Origin: Geosiphon pyriformis uo1
Taxonomy: Eukaryota; Fungi; Glomeromycota
Reading direction: 5' to 3'
Length of the DNA: 64,000 nt
NCBI GenBank assembly: GCA_016748015.1
Contig: JAAOMT010000301.1
Span: 62,001 to 126,000 of the forward strand
Shown: one piece after another, positions 49,906 to 62,229 of the stretch
Numbering within the stretch: the first letter of the stretch is position 1
Layout: every line of letters begins with the position of its first letter
The notes under the pieces: generated by a model
What the model was told of the DNA's origin: nothing
Database searches by the model: none
What the model saw: only the letters and a program-made list of their open reading frames with translations
Position numbers and translations under genes: made by a program

Positions 49906-50460
49906 TTATTGCTAATTATAATTTATTATTTTATGTTTTCTTATATTGTATAATACAATTGTTAATGTTTTTATGTATTTTTGTGTGCTATTTCATATTA
50001 TTGAGTTCTATTTATATCTTTTTAAATTGTGTATCTTTTTTTAAATCACATATCTTTTTTTTTCAAGTTTTATTTTTTATATAATAATAATTATTTTAAT
50101 CAATTCTAAAGTCAAAATTGTTATTTTTAAAATTAGTAATTTTTTTATATTAGTTGTCAAGACAAATAAGATATATTATTATTATTTGAATATATATTTG
50201 TTAACTAAAAATTTGTTAAATTTTAATTTAAAAAAAATGTATTTTAAAATAAAATATTAAAAAAATTAATTTTTAATAAGTAATTTTTGTGTTTGGTCTT
50301 AATAATTTTGTAACTTATTATTAATTATAAGACTCAATTTAGCTTTGTACTTAAAAATATTTAAAAAATAATATAATATAATCAAAAAAATTAAAAGTTA
50401 ACATATTTTTTTAAGAATTTTTTAAGTAAAAATATTGTATTATTTATTATTATATAAATT

Positions 50461-51252
50461 AATTTTACTAGTATTTGGACAGCTGGCTTTCATACATATT
50501 TCATGAAACCCCTTCATCATTGCCTTCTTGTTGCTGTGCGAAAGCATCTGTATGATAGGGGTTATTCCAGTATAATTTGTTTGTTCTGTGACAAGATTGA
50601 AGTCTCAAATCATGTCTTTTCTTGCTCTTCTAATACTGATAGTTGTGCTGATTTGTTAGACACTTATGCAGCTGCCTAAGAGGTGTGTTCTGGTCTGTCT
50701 CATTCTTCTTTGTGCATATTACAGTTGTTGTCAACTTGCATTTTGAATGTAACTGTCAGTACAGCCCTGTGTAAGGGCTTTGTTTTCAGCAATTGGTATC
50801 ATAAGTCTGTTTCTGTTTACAAGGATTCTAAGGTGGCAGTGGTCAATATTGTGAATTTTGTATGTAAGTTTTGTCTTGTATTTCGTGATAATATCTGGCT
50901 GGTTTATGTGAAACACCAGGCCATTATGGAAAAAAATAAGCTGATTCCACATAATGGTTCTATTCTTGTCACTGTTTCTGGTTTTTCTATGTGGCTTTCG
51001 GCTAGAGTGATTAGATTGTTGGGTGTTGCTAATGCACTTGGCATCAGTTTTGGGTATCGTAAACATTGTTTGTTTTATGCAGGTGTTAATAACATGGCTT
51101 CTGTTCATATAAGTGTATAGTGTTGTTCTGACCAGTCAGAGTGTCTGGTTACGTATAGCAAAGACATGATTCACACCTAGTTTAGATCATTTGTATAATA
51201 TATAGCACTAGGTGGCATTTGGACTCCACTCATTAAACTTTAATAAAAAAAA
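50461..51252 (+). mobile_element. 5'-truncated LINE fragment (ORF2 C-terminal zinc finger, 3' UTR, poly-A)
   Basis: TYFMKPLHH..CLFCDKIEVSNHVFSC (zf-RVT-type CCHC); stop at 51120; tail ctcattaaactttaataaaaaaaa. Confidence 0.8.
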
Positions 51253-52501
51253 TATTTTTTAAGCAGATTTAAATTAAAAACAAAATAATATTAACATTAA
51301 ATATTTTGAATGTTGTAAAAGTTTTTAACAAGTTTTTTAAATATAAAATATTAAATTTATAAAATTTAAAATATATGTTTTATAATTTTTTATAATTTTT
51401 AATTAAAATAAAAATTAATTCTACAAACAATTTTTAATTAGTATAAATATATTTTTTTGAAATGTAATATTTTTTAATTAAGTATTAATATTTTAATATT
51501 AAATATTTTAGAATATTTTAAGTATTTTAATATTGTAAAGTTTATCAAATGTTTTAATATAACTTTTACAAACCAGTTTTTAAACAATTATAAAATTTGT
51601 TTTATGTAAAAAAATTTTTGTTGTTAAAAATATATAAATTTTAAAGTTTTATTCTTATATAATTTATATATATATTAAATTTTGTTTTAAATAGTATATT
51701 GTTTAAAATAAATATGTAAAATATATATTGTTTTAATATTATTTATTTTAATTTCAAAAAAATATGCTTAAATTAAATATACATAAATAACCTGATAAAA
51801 AATAATAAATTTGTACATAATTTTATAATTAAACATAAAATATTTAGTTGTTAAATTTTAAACTTAAAACTAAGTTAAAAAATAGTTGTTTATTATTTAT
51901 TAATAGTTTTATGTTAATTAATATTAATATTTTTTTTGTAATTTTCTTAAAAATATAATAAATATTATATATTATAAAAAATTAAACTTTGTATTTTGGT
52001 TTGTAATTATTATATAAAGTTTTTAATAATTTTAATAATTTGATTTCTGTTAATATAATTATATAATATAGTTTTAATTTGTTAAATAGTTAATTATATG
52101 TAAAAAATATATTAATTATGTTTAATTTAAATTTTTAATTATTATATTATATTTATTAATAAAAAAATAAAAATAAAAAATTATTTTTATTATTTTAAAA
52201 TATATTATTTAGTATAATAAAACTAAATATTTTAAAAAATTTTATTATTATATTTTTAATAAAATTTATTTTAAGCATTATAATTATTAAATTATATATA
52301 TAAATTTTTTCTATTTTCTATTTTTTATTATTAATTAAAGTTACTTTATTTTTACTTATATTATTAATTTTATTTTTAGATTTTATTTATTATTTAAAAA
52401 ACCACTAATATAATTAAGTTTTTTTATATAATTTTTTTAGTACTATTTTTGTTTAAAATTTTTTATATTTTTGTTAATATTAAAAACAAAACTTTTTATA
52501 G

Positions 52502-54950
52502 TTTTTTTATTAAAGTTTTAATGAGTATGGCCCAATCATTAATTAAAAATTAGAATTAAACTAAGTGATTTAGAACTAAATATAATTTACACATATTCTA
52601 TATGTAATTAGCTACTTATGCCAATTTAGACTATACTATATTTAATATATCAGAAGAAAATTTACCCAAAAATAATATTTTTTAAACAATCTCAAACAAT
52701 AAAGCACTATTAGAGACCAAATTCACCAACTAATTAGCTGTTCTAAAAACATCTGATTTAATATTAGCTGGTTCATGCTCCTAAAGTGATATTAAATTAG
52801 AAAACATGTTATTATCAAAATCAAACAAACTTATATAGGAGCCAGTTATATTAATGTTATTAAAACTACACTTATTTTTTAAGACAATCATATTTTATTC
52901 CAACTTACTTACAGTCTTGTTAAAATTACTCATATGCACCAAAACTTCTTTAAACTTAAGACCAATATTACTACTTAAAGTCAAATTTTTATTAATAAAC
53001 TGTTCAAACATTTCAACCATAAAACCAATTAGTTTAACAATAAAATTAACCAAAGTAGAAAACTTGGCCAAATCAAATTCCAGAGCAGCTAACCAAAAAA
53101 CCATCAAAGAATTAGCAACAGCCACAAGAGAAGCAAAAGCCACCAAAAAAAGAAACTCAGAAAGGACAGAAAGAGCAAAAGCCTTTACATAAGACAAAGA
53201 ACTGACAAAATGTGATTCAAACATCTTGGGAGTCTTAGAAAGAAGAGGAGAGATAATTTTACAATCTACAGCCAAGTGGTCTATTTCTTAACACTAAAAA
53301 CAACACTGACAATCAGGGGTTTTCTATTAGATATGACACTTTCTTAACATACTAGTTCTAACAACAGCAAAGTTCAAATCAGCTTAAGAGCCAAATATAA
53401 CCAAAGCAAACTAGAAACAATAACCAGAATTAGAAGACTGAGGAATAAAACAAATCTAATTACTAGCTTGAAAGATTATATTACTGATTTCAAAAACAGT
53501 ATAACTATGAAGAAAGTTGACCAACTTGGCCTTAAATCTATTATAAGACAAAATTGTTTCTTGTTGATTTACAAAAAGAAAGATCCAAATACTATTTTTG
53601 TCTACCAAAACTAACCAGTAATTGAGAGCAAATATGGCAGCATTCAAATTTTTAAAATATATAACAACATATTGCCAAATACCAGCAAGTCTTGATTAAA
53701 TGTAAGAAATTTTATCAAAAATACCAAGAGCTGACTTAATGTCCATAGCAGATGTGTTCAAAAACACATCATGCAGTATAACAGTAGCAGAAAGGAAACC
53801 AAACTTAGAAATTATCAGAGACTTAACAATTTTAAGAATAATAAGGTAAACAGAACTTGTAAGTTCAATCAAAAATGCAGTATTTAAAAAACTTTGAGAA
53901 GTAAACTTTACACAAAAGAGCTTTATATTGTCTTTAAAAACAGATCTTGCACCTAAGAAACCATGTACAGACTGAAAAACAATCTTAACATAAGCCAATT
54001 TAATTTTGAAAATAGTATTAAGCACCAGAATGGAGACCACCTACTCAGTAAATTTTTAATAACTAGCAATAATTTTCTAAGCATCACTGGTAACAATATC
54101 AGAAACCAGAAGAAAAAATGATTCAGTTTTTATTTGATCAATCCAGTTCCCAAGAACAGGTAATTCAATAAAAAAAGATTGCTTTGATTCTAGAACTGAT
54201 AAAAATCTACTGAAAAACATTACATTTGGCAATACAGCCAGTAATTAATCTTGGTCCATTTTGGATGACATGCTGAATGAAACAATAAAAATTTTATTTA
54301 AAATCTCAGTTGAAACCACAAAAGAGTTTAGTATAACAATAACAGAAACAAGCAACTGCTTTTACTTTTTTGAACTTTTGGTTTTTTTGACCATTTTTTT
54401 TGAAGAAAAAGTACTGATAACACCTAGTGTTAAAGCTATGGAAGAGAAAACCAATTTGTTGACTGGTCTGCTATTAAAAATTTTTGGGCTCTTTAAAGAA
54501 GTAAAGACAATACTAGAACTAATCCAAGTGTGTCTCTTTGAGGAAACTTTAACTGATGAAAAACCAGCCAAAAATGAAGAAATTGCTTTAATAGCTACCA
54601 AAGACAGCTTTTTATAATTTTATTCTTTAATTATATTCTTTATAATATTATTTAAGCAACCAGTTTTTGAATAAAAAAGTTTTTAAACCAATTTTAAAAA
54701 ATTGTTAATATCAATTTTTAAAACTAAACTAATTAAAAAAATCTGCTTTTTATTATCTAAAACATACCAAAATTGGTTATTTGTACAACACAGCAAACTT
54801 AGCTGAAGAATCCAGTTTAGATTGACAATCATTTTATTTAACAAAAATACAAACCACTCTACAGACAAACCCAAAATTAAATTAAAGCCAAAACCAGAAG
54901 TTGTTAAATTTAGACATTTAATCAACAAAATTTAACAAAATTTACATAGA
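52502..54950 (-). mobile_element. ORF1-only non-LTR element (copy 2; HAL1-like)
   Basis: Decayed ORF1 with RRM-like segments and CCHC (CF*C*EIDHLAVDC), followed directly by a LINE-type 3' UTR and A-tail at 52502-52640; no endonuclease or RT. Confidence 0.7.
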
Positions 54951-55276
54951 TTAAATAGTCAAACATTTATGGTTTCACTTGTACACTGGCGTTTCTGTTT
55001 CGACTAAAGTGCTTTCATTCTTCTATCCTTTCTCTCCTTTCTTAACAATTTTTTCTTGGTTTCAATGATAGCAGGTGGTCTCACCCTCTTTCAACACCTT
55101 TTCTCAACCTCCCGCCTATTTCCTTAACATCACTTTTCGTCTTATCGATTCTGTATTTCTCCCTCATTTAATTTTCGACAGCTTATTTTTCATCCAAAAA
55201 ACCTTTCCTCCACTCAGAAACGAGTCGCTATCTGAAAATAGATTTTTTATCACCTATTAACATAATTTTAAGTAAA

Positions 55277-56317
55277 ATGCGACAAAGCTTTTGGGCAATG
55301 GTTTTGTGTGGAGTACTTATTGTGACTAATTGCGATGCAGGTTCGTACCCATGCTTTCGGCAAATTAAAAAAGCTTAAAAGCTTTTAATAATTTCTCGGA
55401 CAAAAAACCAATTTAGCTCTTCCTGGTGCACCGGGTGTATCTACGGGATCAGTAAGCATAGACAGTCCCACTGCCACTAATATAGTCAATGGAGAGGTAG
55501 GTAAAACAGGGGGTAGTGGAAATACTAACGGGGCTGCAAGTGGTGATGGAGGAAAATCTCAAAGCAAACCTGGAAATACGGGGAGTACAACCAGTGGAAC
55601 CACGCCTGGAAATTCCGGGACTAATACTGGTACAACAACTTCCGGTAATACTGGAGGGAATGCTATTGTAAACAACGGAAATGGAAATTCTCCTTCCCCT
55701 GGTATTAATCCAACTTCAGGAGCTGTTAATTCCGCACCTACCCAGTCATCTGCTGGGAATAATCAGAAAAATGGTAATTATGCTCGTGAGAATAGAGTAA
55801 ATATTCAAATTATTCAAAATTTTTTTTTTTACAGACGCAACATCAATCAACCCTAAAAATGCTGCATCACCTGTTACCGTCACCGCTGGCGGTGATAAAC
55901 CAGTAGAAACCACAGTTTTGCCAAGTAAAGCACAAATCACTGCTGATAACAATAACCCGCTACCTAGTCTTCCAGCAAATCCATATGCTGGTACAAATGG
56001 AACAATGTCCTGGCAACAGTGTATCGACTATGGAAAATATTGTCGGGATGTACTTTGTGCGTTCCAAAATTATACCGCCACATGTAAAGGGGCTGGTGGA
56101 TGTACGTATATTCTAGAAAAAGACAGAATTAATTTTTTGGTTGAGTTTTTTAATGGAATTAAAACCTGAAAAAATGATTTATATATTTATAGGTACATGT
56201 GTTGGTGGTATATATAGCAAAGCTGAACCAGCTCCAGTATTCAACATTAACCGCCTTTACGCTGGGCCTATTCTGATCATCACAATCTTTAGCATCATTT
56301 TTGGAATTGTGTACTGA
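55277..56317 (+). CDS. Secreted Gly/Ser/Thr/Asn-rich, probably GPI-anchored protein with a 6-Cys domain; exons 55277-55340, 55417-55773, 55835-56101, 56193-56317; 270 aa
   Basis: Phase-consistent GT-AG introns; signal peptide MRQSFWAMVLCGVLIVTNCDA; low-complexity stalk; CIDYGKYCRDVLCAFQNYTATCKGAGGCTC; hydrophobic C-terminus. Confidence 0.8.
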
Positions 56318-56773
56318 TTCCTTCTATCAATTTAATTTATTATAGATACTAATGTAATTAATTTAATACAGGCAAAACAGAGAGGGATATCTGTGTTGAA
56401 AATATTTTTTCGAGAATTCTTTTTCAATATTGCTAGATTATTTTGTACATAATTTCAATCAATAACACATGTATTACCAGTGTAGTACCATTACAACCTT
56501 CAAACGATTATTTGAGCCAATATTTTAGACTCACCATCTTCACTTCTTTAAATCAATACAGTATATCTTGAAAGTGCATAATATTGATACAGTACTTCAA
56601 ATAAATATTCACTCTTGATGGATTATTAACCCAATAAAATTTATAGTTACTTAAGCTATAAATCTTTCTTAAAGGACACTCAAGATTGTTTTGGAAAAAT
56701 CATAACGATAATTTTTTAGTCCTATTTCCACAAGATCTGAACTTTGAAACTTATCAGCCCTCCAATGAACTTC

Positions 56774-58667
56774 TTACTCGGCAGCCAAAGTCAAAAGCTG
56801 ACGATAATGTTTATCACAGTATGGCTTGTCATTGTGGACGTAGAAAAATGAGCTATTGAATGGTTTTTCGCAAGCCTAAAAATTTTAAAAAGTAAATGAG
56901 AATAATTCTTTGAAATATTTCACTTTCAGTGATAAAAAACACAAACCCTGCACACGAAACACTCTCGATGCCACTTGCCATCCATTGCGTTTACGTATTC
57001 TCCGTTGATGGGTTTCACGCAACCCTTACATTTTGGAGCTAAGAAACGAAATGAGAGTTAGGCTCGCAAAAACTAAATTTTAATTTAATCATCATACTTA
57101 CCAAATTTTTGTACCCAATCCTTTTTACAATATGGAAAATCATCATGGACCATGAATCCACCGTTCACAAATGGTTCACCGCATTCACGACAGAAAAAGT
57201 GACCATTATGCCATGATTTCCCCAGAGCGTTAATACAGTCCTGAATACAAAATTTAATTTAGAATTAAATCAATCCTACCCCCTCTGGTACTTCAAAATA
57301 ATCAAAAATAAATACCCCTTCAATAGGCGTATTGCAATAACCACACCGCGGGCTGAACAACTCATGATAGTCCAAATGACAATAGGGATCACCATTTTTC
57401 TCGAAAAACGCAACATGCTCCAGAGGTATTTTGCATTGTTTACAAGCGAAATGCTCCGGATGCCATTGCTTACCCATTGCAGTCAAAATGTTACCAGATA
57501 TCCGTTGTCCACATCCAACACATACTTCTGATATGTTTGGTTTAGGAATTACCATTGGTGTTATTGGTGCTATAGAAATTGGTGATTTATTTATATCAGA
57601 GTCATCATCAGATGGATTATTTCCGGTGCCATCCAATTCGGAAAAAGGGTAGCTTTCTTCAAGACTTGAATTGTGTTCAATAGAATTGTTAGATCTTAAC
57701 GAATTAGTTTCTTCTCTATCTGATTTTATCGATTCAGCTTCAACTTCATCCTTAGTATTTGAGGCTGGTGTTGTTCTTTCAGTACTCTCCAAGCTTTTAT
57801 TTTCTAATTCTTCGATAAAAGGATATTTTTTAAGAGCTTGATTATACTGTACGTCCCAAATTAAATCTTTTTGGGATGATGAAGTCGATTGTGTGGTGGG
57901 ACTCTCAGGCCCAAATGGGGGTGAATCTGATTTCGAGGAGGGTGATTCATGAATTTTTGTGGATGGTCTCGATAACGGTTTTGCATCAGGAGATTTAGAT
58001 ACCAAGCTATTTGATCTGAAAACGGCTGATAATACATAAGTGCCTTTCGTCTCATTCTTAACCTTGGGTGATGTTGTTCCTACAGAACCATCATCAATTG
58101 TTTTTGGAGAGCTCCATAAATTATCTGCAAGGTGAGTAGATTCTGATGGTACTATTATAGATTCTGCATGTTTCGATTTCTTAAATGACAATTTTGTTTG
58201 CAAAGGATAAGAAAGATCATTCACTATATCATCAAGGTTTTTATATTGCTTTTTTGGTGGAGAACTAGGCTCAGAGTTTTCCGTGAAGGTAGAAACTACT
58301 GGTAACTTATTCGGCACAACAGCCACTCCATTAATATTTACTAATGGGGTGGTAAGTGATTCTAACGAAGTTGGGTTACCAAATGAGCCTGATTCTAACT
58401 CTGGGATTGTTTTCGGTGAAGTGCTATAGTTTGGTTTTGGACTTAAAGGACTATTAGGTGGCACAGTAGTAGGGGAGGCTGGACTCTTTTCTAAGTTCAA
58501 GGGTTTTGAAGCTTTGGTGCTAAGGTTTTTCAAATAACTATCTGTGTTTAGAGAAAAACTGTTAGCCCAGAACTAATTTTTCCACATTTTAAATTGAAAA
58601 AAAGGAAAGCATTCACGTCGATTTAAAAGATTGACTTACCAAGCTGATCTCTTGTAAGGTAAGACAT
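56774..58667 (-). CDS. PXL1: Paxillin-like protein with three C-terminal LIM domains
   Basis: Ser/Pro-rich N-terminus; CVGC..WHPEHFACKQC..YCHLD, CGYC..WHNGHFFCREC, CKGC..WHRECFVC; first exon MSYLTRDQL. Confidence 0.85.
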
Positions 58668-59399
58668 TTCGCGGCCATTTGGATTTATAGAATTTTTGGT
58701 TGTTACACGAAGCCAAGCTAAAATTGGTAATTGACAATGTTCTTTATAAAATACCCAAGTTTCAGATGGACAAGCCACCATCCGTTGTCTTCTACGTCAT
58801 GAAGGATCATGGGAGATCATTTAATTATAATCAAGTACATAAACAGTGCATTACTTTTTTGAAAATTTATATTTTTTATTAGGTTATATAAAATTCTAAA
58901 TTCAAATATGCTTATTTTTCAAAAACAAAAACAGTCTAAATTTTTGAATCAGAAATATAGGGACTCTCTTAATATATGAAATTTGTCTCAGTATGTACAA
59001 TACTTTGATCTTTATGCTTTGTACACAAATGAGGCCGAAGATTGAGTAATAGTGCGACATACGCGAAAAATCTTTAATGACGACATTTGTTATTTTACAT
59101 CATTGAAGTGTCATCATTGACAGAGATGCTCTCCTCTTCATAATTAGTCATTGCTTCCCCTCGGCTCCCTTACTTTATTTGTTTTAGCCGGCCTTTAACT
59201 TTGTCACTTAAATCAATATTTGACTCTTTAACCTGACTTTCAGAAGGTATACAACCTTGTTCTGTTTCTTTCAACTTTCAAATAATTTTTTATTGAAAAT
59301 TTTCCTTATATTTATAATTAGTCTTTGAATTTAGATTTTTCGAGCTTAATTTAACGCTTTTCAGTGATTAATCTATAATAAGCCACTTACTAATATATA

Positions 59400-61821
59400 A
59401 TGCCTATGATTGAGCATTTCAAAAACTTTATTCGACATGGTAAACAAGCTTCAAAGCACGCAAAAGACGTTAGCCCTAATGACAAACAGACCAAAAGCGC
59501 ATCCTCTTCCGTAAAAGCTGCCACCAGCTCACAAGTTTCCCCCGACAATTCACCAATCGTTGATAATGCGTCAGCAATAGCTGTAGCTCAAATTGTCGCC
59601 GAGGAAAGGGATCAAAAAAATAAGCTTCCACACTATCCAGGACTGCAACGTTACCAAATCTTGGAAAAGATGGGGGAGTGAGTACAAATTCTTCTATTTG
59701 AATTCCTTAACTCTGGCCTCTAATTGGTTGATCCAGCAATAGATCACCGTTTTCAAGAAAAGCGTTTTGTTTCAATTTTTTTAATATGCCTACTTTTATA
59801 CTTTCAGTGGTGCTTTTAGTAATGTCTACAAAGCTTACGATACTGAGACTCAAAAAAAAGTTGCAATCAAAGTTGTACGAAAACACGAGATGAATAATTC
59901 ACAGGTACGCGAAACAAGATCCATAATGTAGAACTAATTTATCACTCAGATCAAACTTGGTATCACCACCATCGTTTATTATCGGTCTCCTTTCCGGGGT
60001 ACCCCGATGTTAAAAAGTATCTTTAATATAAAAAATTTCTTCTAGGAGAGACATCTTCACCGCGACATGAAGAAAAAGCCTCGTGCTATTGAGGTTAGGT
60101 TTGTTCTTAAGGGGGCAGTGTTTGAATTGGAAATCGGACATCACGATTGATGCTCAATTTCCCTAAGGGAATACCAATTCCTTCAACATACTTTATAAGA
60201 AATCTAAAAATAATTATCTGAATTTTATCATCTAGCGCGCCAATATTCTAAAAGAAGTCCAAATAATGCGTCAGCTGAAACACCCATCAATAGTGGCTCT
60301 CAAAACTTTTTCAGAAGACAAGGAATATTACTATCTCATCTTGGAGTTAATGGAAGGTGGTGAATTGTTTCATCAAATTGTGAAGCTTACATATTTTTCC
60401 GAACCATTGGCTCGCCATGTTATTGTGCAAGTCGCTGAAGGCATTAGATACTTGCATGAAGAAAAAGGAGTCGTTCATCGGTAAGGAATCACTTCAGGCT
60501 CTGTAGAATACAGCTTTTCTTTTGGAAATAATATTATATTTAATACTTAAATCCCTGAAACGAAATTGTCCGTAGTGACATTAAACCCGAAAACCTATTA
60601 TTCGATCCAATTCCTATAATCCCTTCAAAAAATCCACTTCCGCCTCCTGGTCCCAATGATGAGCCTAAAGAAGATGAAGGTGAATTCATACCGGGGGTCG
60701 GTGGAGGTGGTATTGGTCGAATAAAGATTGCAGATTTTGGCTTATCCAAAGTAGTTTGGGATGAACAAACAATGACTCCATGTGGAACGGTTGGATATAC
60801 TGCCCCAGAAATTGTTAAAGACGAACGCTATAGTAAAAGTGTAGATATATGGGCACTTGGTTGCGTTCTGTATACGCTTTTATGTGGGTTCCCACCCTTT
60901 TATGATGAGAGTATACAAACTTTAACAGAGAAAGTGGGGAAAGGCCAGTATACCTTTCTCAGCCCTTGGTGGGATGATATATCTGCTTCATGTAAGTCCT
61001 TTACTCATATTATATCAAAAAACCCTCAACTGTTTTAACTCAATTAACCGGCATTTTGTACCTCCCAGCCAAGGACTTAATTACACATCTACTTGAAGTA
61101 GATCCAGATAAACGCTACACTATAAACGAGTTCTTTACTCACCCATGGGTAAATGACAAGGTAACAGAAAATCATTTATCATTAATCTATTTAAAGTTTG
61201 AACTTGCCAATTGATACAGATAATTATTCTTCAAATTTTGAGCCCTTTCAACCTAAAAAATCGGACGTTTCCCCCAAAATGGATGCAGATAATTCAGTTG
61301 AGTTGGAAAATGAGATGAAGGATACAGTTCCACCTCTTGAACTTGGGACTCCCTTGGCGATACCCAACAGTCGTTTGAATAGACTACTGCCCCCTGAAAC
61401 TTTTTCACCTGGTATTGCTTCATTAAGAGAAGCATTCGAGGTTAGCTACGCGGTACATCGAATGGAAGAAGAGGCTGCGCGACGACGGAAGTTGAACCTG
61501 AATCCTGGGGAACATAATGCTCCACGAGATCATTTCCTGAAAAACATCATTACAATGAATGAAGAAGACGAATTATACTCAAAATCGTCATCATCATCAT
61601 CATTAGAGAGTGTGCAGGCAGAAGCACCACTACTAGTTTCTAAATATCCTCACGCTAATGAGCCAATTAAAATGCAAACTGGTAATAAACGCCTGCTTAT
61701 CCAACCTTCACCCGTGATCAAGCCAAAAAAAAATTTGAGACAGTTGGACTTCGACCTCAATCTTGATGGTGCAACCTTGTTGGGAAGGAGGAGAAAGGCA
61801 TTAGAGACGGTGGGCTACTGA
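59400..61821 (+). CDS. SRK1: MAPK-activated CAMK-family kinase (Srk1/Rck2 type), multi-exon
   Basis: [32 protein letters not shown], Gly-rich insert before [21 protein letters not shown]-terminal [12 protein letters not shown]. Confidence 0.9.
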
Positions 61822-62229
61822 TTATTTCCTTGACGCTTTTTTGTGATCCATATAATGAATTCGTTTTATAAAGGAACGAAATATCTTTTAAGCTGTTAAT
61901 TGGCCATCCAATCAATCGGAAAAATTGCTGCTGCGTTCTTGAATCTCAATTCAGTACTTTCGTCCTGTGTATATATTACTATTATTATTTGAAGTTGGTT
62001 TTCTTTTTTCTGAGAACAATATGTTAAAATATATGCAGTTCTTGTATTATTACCTTTATGCTTAATATTTTTCGATGTGAAAGAAATAAAGTGATTATAG
62101 AGAACAACGTAAAGCACCCTAAAAATCCAAAATTTTCTAAAAGTTGGAAATATTTAGTTTAATTGACAATCTTAATGTATAGCCAACTTTTGATTTTAAA
62201 TAGGGATATAGTACTTTCGGCAATAACTT

